Source: Eledone cirrhosa (Eukaryota). Taken from it: 64,000 bases of DNA. The notes beneath the pieces were generated by a model, which worked only from the letters and a program-made list of their open reading frames with translations, made no database searches and had not been told where the DNA came from. Position 1 is the stretch's first letter. Every line of letters begins with the position of its first letter. The stretch covers positions 12,648,001-12,712,000 of the forward strand of contig OZ024752.1 in the NCBI GenBank assembly GCA_964016885.1, read 5' to 3'. The position numbers and the translations under genes are program-made. Positions 37,495 through 50,630 of this stretch are shown here, piece by piece.

Positions 37495-38751
37495 TGCTGA
37501 ACAGGTGTTGTCCTACATTGTGTTACTGTTATTGGTTTTATTTAGTTATTACTATAATTATTGTTCACCATATTGCAACAGACTTTTTATATATTCATAG
37601 TTCAAAGCAGATTCTCTTCCAATTCATTCTATATTCTTTTGTTTCTTTATTATATGTCATTAATTAGGGCAATGGATTAGCAATATCGGTAGAGCCTCGG
37701 ACAACATGCTTTGTGTCATAGAGTTACAGCCCTTATCTTTCTAAGTTCACTGTCGGTTGAAACTCAGGACCTCATGGTTGAGAAGCTAACTCAATAACCA
37801 CTCAGCTATGCATGTATTCATGGCACTAGGTTATAATTTAACTCATATAGGTCAACTCTCGAGGTTGACTTTGCCTTTCATCCCTTTGAGGTCAATAAAA
37901 AAAGTACCAGTCTAGTACTGGGGTTGATTCTTTCTCTATATCTCTTTCTTCCTCTCTCTCGCTTTCTATCTTTCTCTGGAAGATATCTACTGTGTTCAGG
38001 CCTAGAGAGGAGATGGACTCTGCTAGGTTTTAAAATACCCCAAATGCCATATGCCACTATGGTGCCCTTATGACTCCATCAAGAGTTATAGGACCACACC
38101 ATACAAATGCTGAATGGTTAAGAAGTTCACTTCCCAACCAGTTTAATCCTTTAACATATATTGGGTGGTTAAGTATGAAATTTGTAGAAAAAAAAAAAAT
38201 TTCTACAAATTTCATACATTACTCTATATATAATATTATATTTATTAATATATTTTCATGGTAAAGGCTTTACCTCACATAATTATCTCACATAATATCA
38301 AATCTATGAAATTTTTATATTATTTATTTTGAGAACAATACCTTAAAGTCGTATGAGGGGCCAGTTACAGCCAGTTTGAACAGAAAGAGGTGTTAGAATT
38401 CTGGCCGGATATGGCCGATTTAAATGCTAAAGGGTGAAATCCCAGGTTTGAATCCAGAGATGGAGACAGTTGAGGAGCTCAAGACCATGATGAATGACCA
38501 CAGTGAATGGAAAGGATGTATGGAATCAGTAGAGCATCCCACTGGACAACTGCAGATAGGATAGGATTTGATTTCAATGCATGGCAGCTTGAGCAAGAGT
38601 CATTCACCCTAGCCTTTGGTTGGTCCAGTGAATGAAACTAACTTGACGGCGACTTTTTAGAAGCCCATTGTATGGAATCTACATATAATTGAAAGGCCCA
38701 GTCTTGCCATACACTGAATCTCCCAGAGACTTATATTATTTGATATGTAAT

Positions 38752-39265
38752 CATCAATCACTCACCCTCATCCCATCCTCATATCTAAGGGTCAGGGATC
38801 ATGGACTCATCAAGCAGCACTCTCCATATTTTCGTGTCTCTTGCCATTGCCGTCCATTCCACCAAACTCCTTCCTGTCCATTCCTTAATATCATCTGTCC
38901 ATCTCCTTTTCTGCCGTCCCCTGGCCCTTTTCCCCTATATTTGTCCCTCAAGGATGTGGATAGTCAAATGTTAGGCCCTGATGACATGACCAAAATACTG
39001 AAGTTTCCTTTTCCTTACTGTTTCAACCAGCTGTCGATAACAACCAATCTCTTCCAGGACAGATTCATTTGTTCTGTCAGCTGTCTAGCTAATTCTAAGT
39101 GCACACCTATTGCATGACATTTCACATGCATACAGTTGTTTCAAGTCAGTTACCTTTAAAGTTCAAGACTCACAACCTTATAGAGCTACTGGCCACACTA
39201 ATGTTTTGAATATTTTCTTTTTGGTTGACTTTGTAAGTGCTCTATCCTTCCAAAGGCTGCTGAGT
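38752..39265 (-). mobile_element. Old RTE/BovB-like LINE 3' fragment
   Basis: Minus frame with stops: LWKDRAL...TLVWPVAL*GCES*TL...TNESVLEE...RKLQYFGHV...GKRARGRQKRRWTDDIKEW. Confidence 0.85.
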
Positions 39266-41891
39266 ATGCTCAGTCACCAACACATTAATTTAATAAGCAT
39301 GCTGGTTGAACAACTGGTACATTCATCGTTGAAACTGATGTTAGCCCATTCATTCCTTTATACAATAAAACATAAATACCCTGTACTACTGAGCACGTTC
39401 AATATTCTCGAGATTCGAGACAAACATTAAACATGATTTATCAGTAGTAACTACTAGTTGCACAATGCTTTCTATTATAACTTATATTGATTTTATTAAT
39501 TCGAAGCTGCTGTTAGCTCACACACATCATGGCTGAATGGTCACAGTTTGTGTTATATTAAGGCAACAAATTGACAGAGTCATTAGGACATCACATTAAA
39601 AATACTTTTGTATTTGTTCCAGCTCACTGCAGTCTGTAATCAAATGCCACCTGAGTGGGTCAACTTTGCCTTTTATTCTTTCATGGTTGTTAAATAAAGA
39701 ACCAATTCATTCACCATCATCATCACCATTTGGCGTCCATTTTTCCATGCTTGCATGGGTTAGACAGGCCGTCCATGCTGGGAGACAAGTCTAACCAGAA
39801 TTGGCCTCCCCATACCTTGCTCCCATGGGACTGTACATTTGGCCAGCGATTTTACAGCTGGATGCCCTTCATAACACCGACATTTATAGCATTACTAGAG
39901 TAAATTCTTCTTTTGTATTTGTTTCTTTCTTAGGAAAAAATCAGTTGTGTACAGATGTGGAGTGAGATGGGCTCCACCAACTTTATAATGTCCAAACATG
40001 TTGTGTGTTAAGACAGCATCCCTATGACTCTATCAAGAATTAAGGGCCCTTTAATTACCAGCCCAGCCCAGCATAGCCAGCTCTGGTTCTATGAAATAAA
40101 GTCACCCATTTTAAAGGTTTCCAATTTAAATTTAAATTTTCCAACATAATTTTATATAAGAACCTTACATTAAGTTACTATCTTAGTAAGGAAATAATAA
40201 TTTTAGTAAACCCCTCAAAATTCTTCATTAACTAATTAAAATAGAGTGTATTTCATTAGAAATGGAGTCATGAAAGGGTTAATTATATTGAAGACCGATC
40301 CAAATTAATGTGCAGAATAGGATGAGGAGAATGGGTGGAATGAGTGTAAACCAACCCATTATTTTCCATAAAGACTTAACGGTTTCTAATTTTGGTAAAA
40401 GGCCAACAAGAAAGGGAATGTTGAATATCTCAACCCTAGTACTTTACTGGTACTTTACTGACCTCGGAAGGAAGAAAGACAAAGTTGACTTCAGAGGGAT
40501 GAAAGACAGGGTTGACCTCAGAAGGATGAAAGACAAGGTTGACCTTACTGGGATTTGACCTTAGAAGGTCAAGAACCAGAACAAATACTGCTAAACATTT
40601 GTCTCCATCTTCCTCTATCTGACTCTTTTTCCACAAGAAATAATAATAATTTCTCCTATAGGCACAAGGCCAGCAATTTGGGGCAGGGGAAAGTTGATTA
40701 AGTCGACCCCAGTGCATTACTGGTGCTTTATTTTATCGACCCCGTAAGGATAAACGGCAAAGCTAACCTCGGCAGGATTTGAACTCTGACCATAAAGGGC
40801 CATAACTCTATGCTGCAAAGCATGGGGGTCTGGCACTCTACCGATACTGCCAATCTGCCAATAATAATAATTGTTTCTACTTTTGGCACAAGGCCAACAA
40901 TTACCCCAGTGCATTACTGGTACTTTATTTTATCGACCCTGTAAGGTTGAAAGGCAAAGTTAACCTCGGTGGGATTTTAACTCAGAACGTAAAGGGCGAT
41001 AACTCTATGCTGCAAAGCATGGTGTCTGATGCTCTACCGAGACTGCCAATCCACCGCTCCTCAAAATTCGAATTTGGTTTTATGCTCTAACACAAAAGAT
41101 TGTTTCTCTCTGTCACTGCTAGAACAAAACAATGGCGATGGTCATCTAAAAAGAATAACATAAAGGGGCTGTTTGCTTGAATATTATTATTATTTGATAT
41201 AAAGGGCGGTGAATTGGCAGTATCGGTAGAGGGTTGGACGCCATGCTTTCTAGCATAGTCAGTCCCTTTACGGTTTGAGTTCAAATCCCGCCGAGGTTAA
41301 CTTTGCCTTTCATCCTTACGGGGGTCGATAAAATAAAGTACCAGTAATGTACTGGGTAATTGCTGGCCTTGTGCTTAGGGTAGAAACAATTATTATTTGA
41401 TATAAAAGTCACATATACAATAATGATAAAGTTCAGTGTAAAAATATTTTATGCCAGGTGACTTAACCTGCTGTATGGATTACAGAGTGATGGATGGAAA
41501 AAAAGTGACATATGCACTGGTAAAACAGGAATGATTAATATTTAAATATAGTAGCAAGCTATATTTGCATATCTGTCTACAGCAGGTGAATGTAGAGAGA
41601 TATAGGCCAAAGAATAGTTGAAATTATATAATTAAAGTGGTGAACATTAAAAGGTTGAACAGGTGGAAAAATACATGTTCTATGTTTATGAAAATAAATG
41701 CAGTGATATCTCACAGTACGAGTTTAAAAAGTTCCATGACTGAATTTGTTTTACGATTTACTCATTTTACAAATTAATTTCCCCATTGAAATTAATTAGA
41801 ATATAAATAATCTGCTCCAGTCCTCCACAAAACCACCAAAGAATAATTTTTTATGGGTTTTAAAACAGAAAAGGTGTAGTTACAAATGACA

Positions 41892-42215
41892 ATTATGGAT
41901 GTGCAATGTCAATGTGCGTGAACGACCAAGCATAGATGAGTTGAGAGAGAAACTGTGTATAAGAGGAATAAACTGAAGTGTGCGGGAGCGAAGACTGCGT
42001 TGGTAAGGACATGTGATGCGCATGGAAGATGACTGTTGGGTGCCAAGAAATCCCAGTAGAGGAATCATGGGCGGAGGTGGTGAGAACTGACCTCAGATCG
42101 CTGAAGCTCACAGAGGAGATGACAAAGGACCGTGACAAGTGAGAGATGCTGTGCTGAATAGGACCTGTCCCACCCTTGCAAGCAGGGAAAAGCAGACGTA
42201 AAATGATGATGATGA
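41892..42215 (+). mobile_element. RTE LINE 3' fragment (same family as 29046-29621)
   Basis: Aligns by eye to the reverse complement of 29072-29415; (GAT)n tail. Confidence 0.88.
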
Positions 42216-42559
42216 TATAAACATAATAAAAGAGAATGCAAAAGAAATATGTAACATGATTTTATTAAATATATGAAACTCGTTCATACTGCAGGTTTCC
42301 ACTCGTACTACAAGACCAAATTTTGCACAAGCTTCGGTTCGTACAGCAAATTACTGGTACAATGGGGCACTTGTACTGCGAGGTTCTGCTGTATTGTAAA
42401 GACCAAGTGAATTAAGGATAAGGCAATAAACAACAAAGAAACAACAACAACAAGAATACTATCAGTTTTATCAATTTGTGTATATTACAAATACTGTTGA
42501 AAACTGAGCTGGTAATTAGTTTGGTTCGTGAATAGTAATTTCTTATTTTGAATGGAAAT

Positions 42560-42801
42560 TGCTTTTTGTCTTCTTTTTCTTCTTCTTTTCTTCTTTTTCT
42601 TTTTCTTTGCCTTCTTTTCTTCTTCTTTTCTTCTTCTTTTCTTCTTTTTCTTTTTTTCTTCTTTGCATTCTTCTTCTTCATCTTCTTCTTCTTCTTCTTC
42701 TTCTTCTTCTTCTTCTTTGCATTCTTCTTCTTCTTCTTTTCTTCTTCCTTTCTTCTTCTTCTTCTTCTTCTTCTTCTTCTTCTTCTTCTTCTTCTTCTTC
42801 T
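42560..42801. repeat. (TTC)n microsatellite
   Basis: Visible periodicity. Confidence 0.97.
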
Positions 42802-43190
42802 AGTACTGGGGTGGATTCTTCCTCTATCTCTCTCACTTTCTCTCTCTCACTGGAAGAAATCTGTTGTATATCAATATAACACCCCTACAACTCTATCAGA
42901 TGTTACGGGGCCATACATACTTGAGAGACTATATTTATATCTATATTTTGGTCAATCAATGATAAATATTGATTACCAGCTGAATTAATTATCGAAATAT
43001 AAAATATACTGAAGCGAAAACCAACCCAAACCAAACAGTGAGTGTGTTTTACTATATAATTCTGGCAATATTATAACAACATGACCCTCCCCAAATATAA
43101 CAATTTTAATATTATTTTCATTTCTATTATAAATGCCAAAGATTAAGATGCTAAAAAAAAACTTTTATTTGATAACTTATTTCAATGTTT

Positions 43191-43703
43191 TCAATGTAAT
43201 GGTTGACTTTGGTGCTTACTGGCTAAGGCTCTTACTCGAGGTTCGATGCTCCTTAGAAGTAATTGTAGATCCCCTTGTTTTGTAATTTTCAGGCGGTTTC
43301 TTTGCTTAGTAAGAAGCCATGTAACTGAGTTGAAACCACATTTAGCCATATAGGAAGTTGAACTACAAAAAAATGTCTACCCTGTTGTAAGAGTGAAACA
43401 GGAAGTGACTGGGTGGTTGTTATCTAAAAGGGTTCCTTGTTAAATAAGGGGTTTCTAAGCGAAGATAAAACAAGGGGTAAGAAAATAGGTGTAGCAAAAT
43501 AGACAACATATCAGAAACACTAATATTGAATAATTTTTTAAAATTTGAAAAGAAATGGATAAATACTAACCGCCCACCCAAGTATGCCCACGGCTCCTCT
43601 GACTATGTTCACCCCCACTCCAATGAAATAAAATCTCCCAGGGCCCCCTTTCAGCAGAACAACACCCACAAGAGTGTGCTAGCACCCACGTTGGGAAACA
43701 CTG
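43191..43703 (-). mobile_element. Internally deleted hAT (Buster/Charlie-like) transposon remnant
   Basis: 43191-~43375 minus frame STSYMAKCGFNSVTWLLTKQRNRLKITKQGDLQLLLRSIEPRVRALASKHQSQPLH* fits the hAT dimerisation-domain C-terminus; terminus CAGTGTTTCCCAAC at 43703. Confidence 0.8.
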
Positions 43704-45044
43704 CTCTAATATATTCAGTCATACTGTGTCCACAATTGTAGAGACAGCTGTTTTGTAACAGCTGGCTATCCTCTCTACTTCTGTTGCACTAAAATGATAG
43801 AACAAGAGTGACACCTACCACGAGGAGGCGGAACACACTTATGTACATTCAGTTCATTGTGGAATGTTTAACATTACTTACATTGAGTGTGAAGTTATAC
43901 TGGGAGATGTATGATAATTGATTGGTTTAGGAAGGTGCGGAGCTACTGATTGCTAGAGAGATTATTTGTACCTTATCAATGTCACTGGCGAATATCCGTT
44001 GTCAACTTATAGAATAGTCTTAGAGCTATGCAAAGGGGTTCAGTTAAGCATAGATAAACAGACAGACATACAGACTGTCAGATAGCTTTGCCTTTCATCC
44101 CTTATAGGGGTCAATAAAATAAAGTACCAGTAATGCACTGGGGTTGGTTTAATTGACTTTGCCCTTCCCCCAAATTGTTGACTTTGTGTGTAAATTAGAA
44201 AACCATCTCTACTTTACTTCAGGGTGGTGGATTGGCAGTATCAGTTGAGCATTTGGCACCATTCCTCACGGTGTAGAGTTACTGATTTCAAATCCTGCCA
44301 AGTTTAACTTTGCCTTTCATCCTTACAGGATCAATCTATATATAAATTTGAGCAACTTCCATCTCTCCGTTCGTCCTTCACACAATGTACGTATGTGTGA
44401 ATGTATGTGTGTGTAAAAGGAAGGAAAGGGATGGTGAGAAAACTATAACAAAACAGTGGCTGGTGTTTCATTTGCTACGCCGTGTGTGAATGTATATGTA
44501 TGTGTGTGTTTGTGTGAATGCATTGTACGTTTGTATTCTTGTAAGTGTGTCTGTGTTTATATTTATATACTCATACATTTAAATGTATACATATGCACAA
44601 CACACATATATACACATGTAACCACCCAGTAAACTAAAGTACAAGACTTTCCCCTTCCTTTCAAATTGCTGGCCTTGCACCGAAAGTAAAGACATTTCAA
44701 AATTATTGAAAATCCGGCATAAATGTATACACTGTTCTTAATCAATATAACTAGTTGTTATTGTTGTGTAAGACATACACTGGTCCAACCCTAATCAATA
44801 TAACTGTTTGTTATTGTTAGATTAAATCAATTATCCGGAATCTTTTTTATAGTCTGCACCTATTTCTTTAAACTTTTCAGTTAGGTTTATTCAAACAAAA
44901 TATATAGGACATGAGTGACCTAACAACATAACTTCCATAACATCTTAGAACAGCTGTGGTTAATAATCGAACTAAGATGTCTACTTTTATTATGAAATAC
45001 TTTTCTTTCGTTATTCAATATCCACAATATTTGAAAATAAAATA

Positions 45045-45291
45045 CAGTGGAACCTCAGTTCATGAACTTAATTCATTCCTGAAGGCCGTTTGTCATCTGA
45101 ACTGCTTGTAAACTGAAACTATTTTTTCCATACTAAATGCTGAAAGAAAAAAACAGTGAGAGAGTGTTGCCAGCTTGCTAGTTCATTACTTGAGATACCG
45201 GTTGTGAATCGAAACGTTTTATGTCCAGAAAAATGTTTTGTGAACCGATTTGTTTGTGATAAGATGTGTTTCTTGAACCGAGGTTCCACTG
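45045..45291. mobile_element. Tigger/pogo-type MITE
   Basis: TA|CAGTGGAACCTCAGTTCA ... TGAACCGAGGTTCCACTG|TA. Confidence 0.9.
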
Positions 45292-45304
45292 TATAACAGA
45301 AACA

Positions 45305-45508
45305 ATGGTTAGAGAATTGGATTTGCAACCGTGAGGTTGTGAGTTCGATTCCTGGACCGGGCAATGTGTTATGTCCTTGAGCAAGACACTTTATTTCACG
45401 TTGCTCCTTCTACCTGGAGCTGCGACTGATAGTTAGTATTAGCAATTGGAAAGACCAACAGAAACATTGTTTCCTTGGTCCGATTTGGTGAAAGTCGATC
45501 GACTGTTG
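45305..45508 (+). mobile_element. Second CORE-type SINE family (copies near 18398-18570 and 32035-32252 minus)
   Basis: B box GAGTTCGATTCC, CCTTGAGCAAGACACTTTA and a distinct 3' part CTACCTGGAG.TGCGAC.GATAG. Confidence 0.8.
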
Positions 45509-46377
45509 ATTACACAAAAATCTTTATTGATTGAGAAGGACAAATATCTGTTTATTTGAGCAGATTATATTACGTTGTTTTCTTTCTAATATAGTGGAGG
45601 CACGTGGCCTAGTGGTAAGGGAGATGGACTTACGATCATAATGTTGTGGGTTCGATTCCTGGGCTGGGTTGCATTGGGTGTTCTTCAGCAAAACACTTAA
45701 CTGCATGCTGTTCCAGTATACTCAGCTGAAAAAGAAATTGAGAACCAGCAATATAGGATTTTTAGTAAGGTATTTCACCAGAGATAGAAAACCAGAATTA
45801 GTCGTTTCGTTTACATATTGAGACCCCAAACCATCCTATTTATTTTGTAACATATGGTAGTTCTAGTAATGTACTTTTTTTGTCATGTATGTTTTTTAAT
45901 ATCTAAAGAAAATTAATTGTCACAGGAATGTAACCACTAAAAATGAAATTTCGCTGGAGGTAGATTAGCAAAATTTAATTTGCGGGGCTTGGAAAAAATC
46001 TGAAAAATTACCATATTTCCCGGTATCGAAGACTCTACTTTTTTCCTAAAATAAGTCTCAAAAATCTACCATGCGTCCTGGAGGCTGAAGGTTGTTTATT
46101 TTTTTTTTTCAAATTTTTGGTTGTTAAAATTAGGGTGCGTCCTCGAGGATGAAGCACCTTCGGTGCCGGTAAATACGGTAATAAGCCAGGGGTGGGGGTG
46201 AGGACAAGATTATTTGAGACCTGAGAGTATGTTGTCACTTTCAACTGATACAGTTACCCTAGTTCCTTGTCACAAATTATTCATCCCACACTTTATAATT
46301 TATTAACTGAAAGATATAAAAGGAAAAGAAATCACCTTAATAATTTAACACATCAGTTGCTATTGTTGGATAACCAG

Positions 46378-46703
46378 AGATGTGAAGGTGCATGGTTTTG
46401 TGGTTAGGGTATTCAGCGCACAATTGTAAGGTCATGAGTTCAATTCTTGGCAGCGCGTTGTGTCCTTGAGCAAGACACTTTATTTCACATTGATCCAGTC
46501 CACTCAACTGGCAAAATTGAGTTGTACCTGTAATTCGAAGTGTCAGCCTTGTCACATTCTATGTCATGCTGAATCTCCCTGAGAACTACTTTAAGGGTAT
46601 GCGTGTTTGTGGAATGCTGAGACACTTGCCTGTGAATTTCAAAAGCAGGCTGTTCCATTGATCGTATCTACTGTGACACTCGTCATCGTAACGAAAGGAG
46701 TGC
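46378..46703 (+). mobile_element. Third CORE-type SINE family (inverted fragments at 19222-19305 and 47120-47395)
   Basis: A and B boxes, CORE motif, body CTGAATCTCCCTGAGAA. Confidence 0.75.
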
Positions 46704-46704
46704 C

Positions 46705-46960
46705 TAGTTATGCTGCACTTCAGGCTGAGGAGGCCAAACTCTCCAAGTACCGGTCACTCTCCGACAGGTTTGCGGCCGTGCCCTTAGCAGTGGAGACTTC
46801 TGGTGTCCTAGGCCCCAGGGCTACCTCCCTAATCACCACCATAGGTGCTGAGCTGGCCAGTCGCAGGTGTGAGCCTCGCAAGATGGAATGGCTCTTCCAG
46901 CACATCTCTCTTACCATCCTCTGGGGAAACACCTTCTCCATGCTGTCCGCTGGGGCTATG
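46705..46960 (+). mobile_element. 3' fragment of a CRE-like non-LTR retrotransposon (restriction-like endonuclease C-terminus); related remnant at 19775-19885
   Basis: AEEAKLSKYRSL...PLAVETSGVLGP.A...WLFQHISLTILWGN. Confidence 0.8.
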
Positions 46961-47610
46961 AGGTGGCCAGCATGTGGGACCCCATTTGCTCATAATACAG
47001 GGAGATGGGGAGGGTGAGAGAGATGGAGGCGATGACAGTGGGAGTTTGGCTCTTCTGAGCACCTGTCAAGAGTGTATTTTCATACTTAACACAGGTATTT
47101 TGGCAGAATTATTTGATAGACCTTCATCAGTTTCACAATGAGGGTCTCACTTGTTTTGATCAATATATCAGCTTGTAAGATTAACATGTAAGTGACTGAG
47201 CATTCTGCTGACATGACATGTGTGTCCTTAATGTATTTCTCAGGGAGATTCACCATGACACAGTATATATCTTGTATTATAGTGCAAGTGGCTGAGCATT
47301 CGAAGATGTGTATATTCTTAACTTAATTCTCAGGGAGATTCAGCATGACACGGTGTGTGTCAAGTCTGACTCATTGAATTACAGGTACAGTCCATTTGAC
47401 AGGCTTCCAAACAGTTTCTATCTAGTAAATTTCATTTACAATGCATGGGTTGACTAAAACTATGGTAAAAAGTACTTGCCACGGAGTGGGTTTGAAACTG
47501 GGACCTTGTGATTGTGAAGCAAAGCTCGTAATCATTTGATCATGCTGCAGTCTTGACATAATCATTCCAATAGCAATAAAGTACTTACTTAGACTTAGAG
47601 GCTCCCACAT

Positions 47611-48152
47611 CCAAAGTGCTCCAATGACCATGGTCAGTTACATCTATCAATACATCCCATGTCTTGAGACACATGAGGCAGCCAAAGTGCTCCAATGACC
47701 ATGGTCAGTTATATCTATCAATACATCCCACACCTTGAGACACATGAGGCAGCCAAAGTGCTCCAATGACCATGGTCAGTTCCATCTATCAATACATCCC
47801 ATGTCTTGAGACACACGAGGCAGCCAAAGTGCTCCAATGACCACAGTCAGTTCCATCTATCAATACATCCCATGTCTTGAGACACATGAGGCAGACAAAG
47901 TGCTCCAGCGACCATGGTCAATTCCATCTATCAATACATCCCATGTCTTGAGACACATGAGGCAGACAAAGTGCTCCAGCGACCATGGTCAGTTCCATCT
48001 ATCAATACATCCCATGTCTTGAGACACATGAGGCAGACAAAGTGCTCCAATGACCATGGTCAGTTCCATCTATCAATACATCCCATGTCTTGAGACACAC
48101 GAGGCAGCCAAAGTGCTCCAGCGACCATGGTCAGTTCCATCTATCAATACAT
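47611..48152. repeat. 71-bp minisatellite, about 7.6 units
   Basis: Units start at 47611, 47682, 47753, 47824 ... 48108. Confidence 0.95.
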
Positions 48153-49044
48153 CATTCCAACCTTTGTTGATAAGTAATGGATCTAAAGTTATTGATCAAA
48201 ACATGGATGAAAGACATAGGATGCCCTGTAGTTTAGAGTGATCTTCAATTAACCATACAAAAGATTAAACTATACTGGTTCCTGGAGTTGTTTTAGGCAT
48301 TTCTTCTTTTATATTTTCTTTATATTTTATGCCTTTTATTTTCACAATTCAATTTCTTTCTGTAATCAATCTTTCTGTAATAAAAAACAAAATTAGAATT
48401 TAGTTTTTTGCTCTAACATCGTGGATACATAAATGTATTTGTGGGTTTTATATCAAATAAGAATTGTTTTTACTTTAGGTACAAGGCCAGCAATTTTGAG
48501 GGAAGGGAACATCGATTAAATTGACCCCAGTGCATTACTGGTGCTTTATTTTATCAACCTTGTAAGGATAAAAGGCAAAGCTAACCTCAGTGGGATTTGA
48601 ACACATGGCGTAATGGGCCATAACTCTATGCTGCAAAGCATGCTATCTGACACTCTGGTGATACTGCCAATCCTTTGCTCTTATATCAAATAATAATGAT
48701 ATTTGATTCATTTGCAAGCAAACAGCCTCATTACACTGTTTTTTAGATGACTATCATGATATTTTTGTTCGAGAAGTGACATATTGATATTATACACAAG
48801 TATATTTGCATGTAGATATGATACGTCAAATAAAATCGTAATTGACAATATACACAGAAATTGAAGAGAGACTGTGTTACACTGTCTTCTGTAATCAGTA
48901 AAGTAATCCATGGTACATTAAAAAAGACGATACTATATATAAACTGTATTACAGTGAAATTTTATGAAAACGAAAAAGGGGAAAATTATCGAAAGTTTAT
49001 ATGAGTGATGTGATATAACATATGGCTAAGTGTTAAGATATAAT

Positions 49045-49227
49045 TGTTTCTACGTTTGGCACAAGGCCAGCAATTACCCAGTACATTACTGGTACTTTAT
49101 TTTATCGACCCCGTAAGGATGAAAGGCAAAGTTAACCACGGCGGGATTTGAACTCAGAATGGCAAGGGCCGTAACTCTATACGTCAAAGCATGGCATCCG
49201 ACCCTCTACCGATACTGCCAATCCACC
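49045..49227 (-). mobile_element. Young full-length Deu/Nin SINE with a 20-bp target-site duplication
   Basis: GCTAAGTGTTAAGATATAAT at 49025-49044 and 49228-49247. Confidence 0.93.
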
Positions 49228-49306
49228 GCTAAGTGTTAAGATATAATGGGCGCTAACTGGAAGTGTAGACATTTGAACATTTTAAAGAAGTGAATCTTAA
49301 AATACA

Positions 49307-50270
49307 TCTATATATATAAAACTGTGGTTGTCTGTCTGTCTATCGATTTTTGGCACACATCTCCTCTTAGAATCTCTCACGGAATTGCACCGAAATTGCT
49401 ATACTTGTACATTGAGCCCTAGCAAAGACATCGGAAAAAAAATATTTCAAATTGACCCACCCTATGTGACGAAATCGAATATAATGTATCGATTTTTGAG
49501 CGTAAGTGATCAGTTATTTCCCTTTGTTCTGTTTACATTGAGCGTCTTACGTAAAAAATTACGCTGGCTTTCTCAGCGTTTAAAATGACATTAACACAAT
49601 ACACGAACAGTTGTCGAGCCAGCAAAATATTGACCTGCAAAATTCATCAGTTCGAACAATAAGCTTCCGTTTTGCTTCATTTCCATTTAAAAGCCTTTTA
49701 AAACAATATTTTTACTTGAAAACAAGTCTATTTAAAGACTACGTAAAACAAGCAAATATTTCGTTAAAAAAGCAAAAATTATATAAGTTTATTTAAAATA
49801 TATGTATCTGTAAATTTCGTTAGGCGTGCAGACAGACAGTCGTGCAGACAGACAGTCGTGCAGAGAGGTGATATACGCGTGCAGACAGACAGTCGTGCAG
49901 AGAGGTGATATAGGCGTGCAGACAGACAGTCGTGCAGAGAGGTGATATAGGCGTGCAGACAGACATAACTGATAATTTGGTTACGCTAATGTTTTTCTCT
50001 GCGTTGCAGTGTTTACATTTTCGATCTTTGTTAATAAATAACCAGTGCAGTTTTTATCCCCAGCATCCTCTTTTGTTATAACATTCGGGTTATCGTTATG
50101 TTTTCTTAACTTCATAAGGCATATTGTTGGTTGAGGGAATATTAATCAAAAACACCACATGCAAGTCTGCACAGTAGACACTACAGTTTTTAAGCCAAAA
50201 AAGAAACTTAACATTGTAACTTTAACACAGCTACTGAGCGACCCCGAGCAACGCCGGGCTTTACTGCTAG
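49307..50270 (+). mobile_element. Non-autonomous Helitron
   Basis: A|TCTATATATATAAAA...(GTCT)n start; 3' hairpin CCCGAGCAACGCCGGG then CTAG|T; no TSD; internal short tandem at 49820-49965. Confidence 0.88.
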
Positions 50271-50439
50271 TTATATATAAAAATATTTATGTTTAATCAT
50301 AATTACGGAATTCAGTAGATAAATTACATTCTTTCCTGATTTATTCAAAATAATCCAACTTACTTTAATAACGTCTTCAGAAAAAATATATTCAGGACAC
50401 AGTCTTGCAGTTCTCCATTCATTACATATTAGATTCAAT

Positions 50440-50630
50440 ATAATTGCTTCTACTTTTGGCACAAGGCCAGCAATTAACCAGTACATTACTGGTACTTTAT
50501 TTTATCGACCCCCGTAAGGATGAAAGGCAAAGTTAACCTCGACAGGATTTGAACTCAATCTGTAAAGGGACGTAACTATGCTAGAGAGCATGACGTCCAA
50601 CCCTCTACTCATACTGCCAATCCACCACCC
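50440..50630 (-). mobile_element. Deu/Nin SINE whose head seeds the adjacent satellite
   Basis: Tail, core and B box (50545-50556) run directly into the first 45-bp unit. Confidence 0.92.

Noticed and set aside
39905-40050. Strong polypyrimidine tract and AG suggesting an exon
   Set aside because: The downstream sequence resembles 37990-38095, so it is a repeat; no convincing open frame or donor
43330-43470. Cluster of RUNX, ETS and GATA-like motifs, and a possible + strand UTR exon at 43293-43476
   Set aside because: It lies within the hAT remnant, partly in transposase-coding sequence; short motifs are expected by chance
47138-47180. Signal-peptide-like MRVSLVLINISA followed by GTAAGA as the lectin first exon
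   Set aside because: It is the decayed inverted 3' end of the SINE family at 46378-46703, and its phase 1 end does not fit the phase 0 exon at 58244
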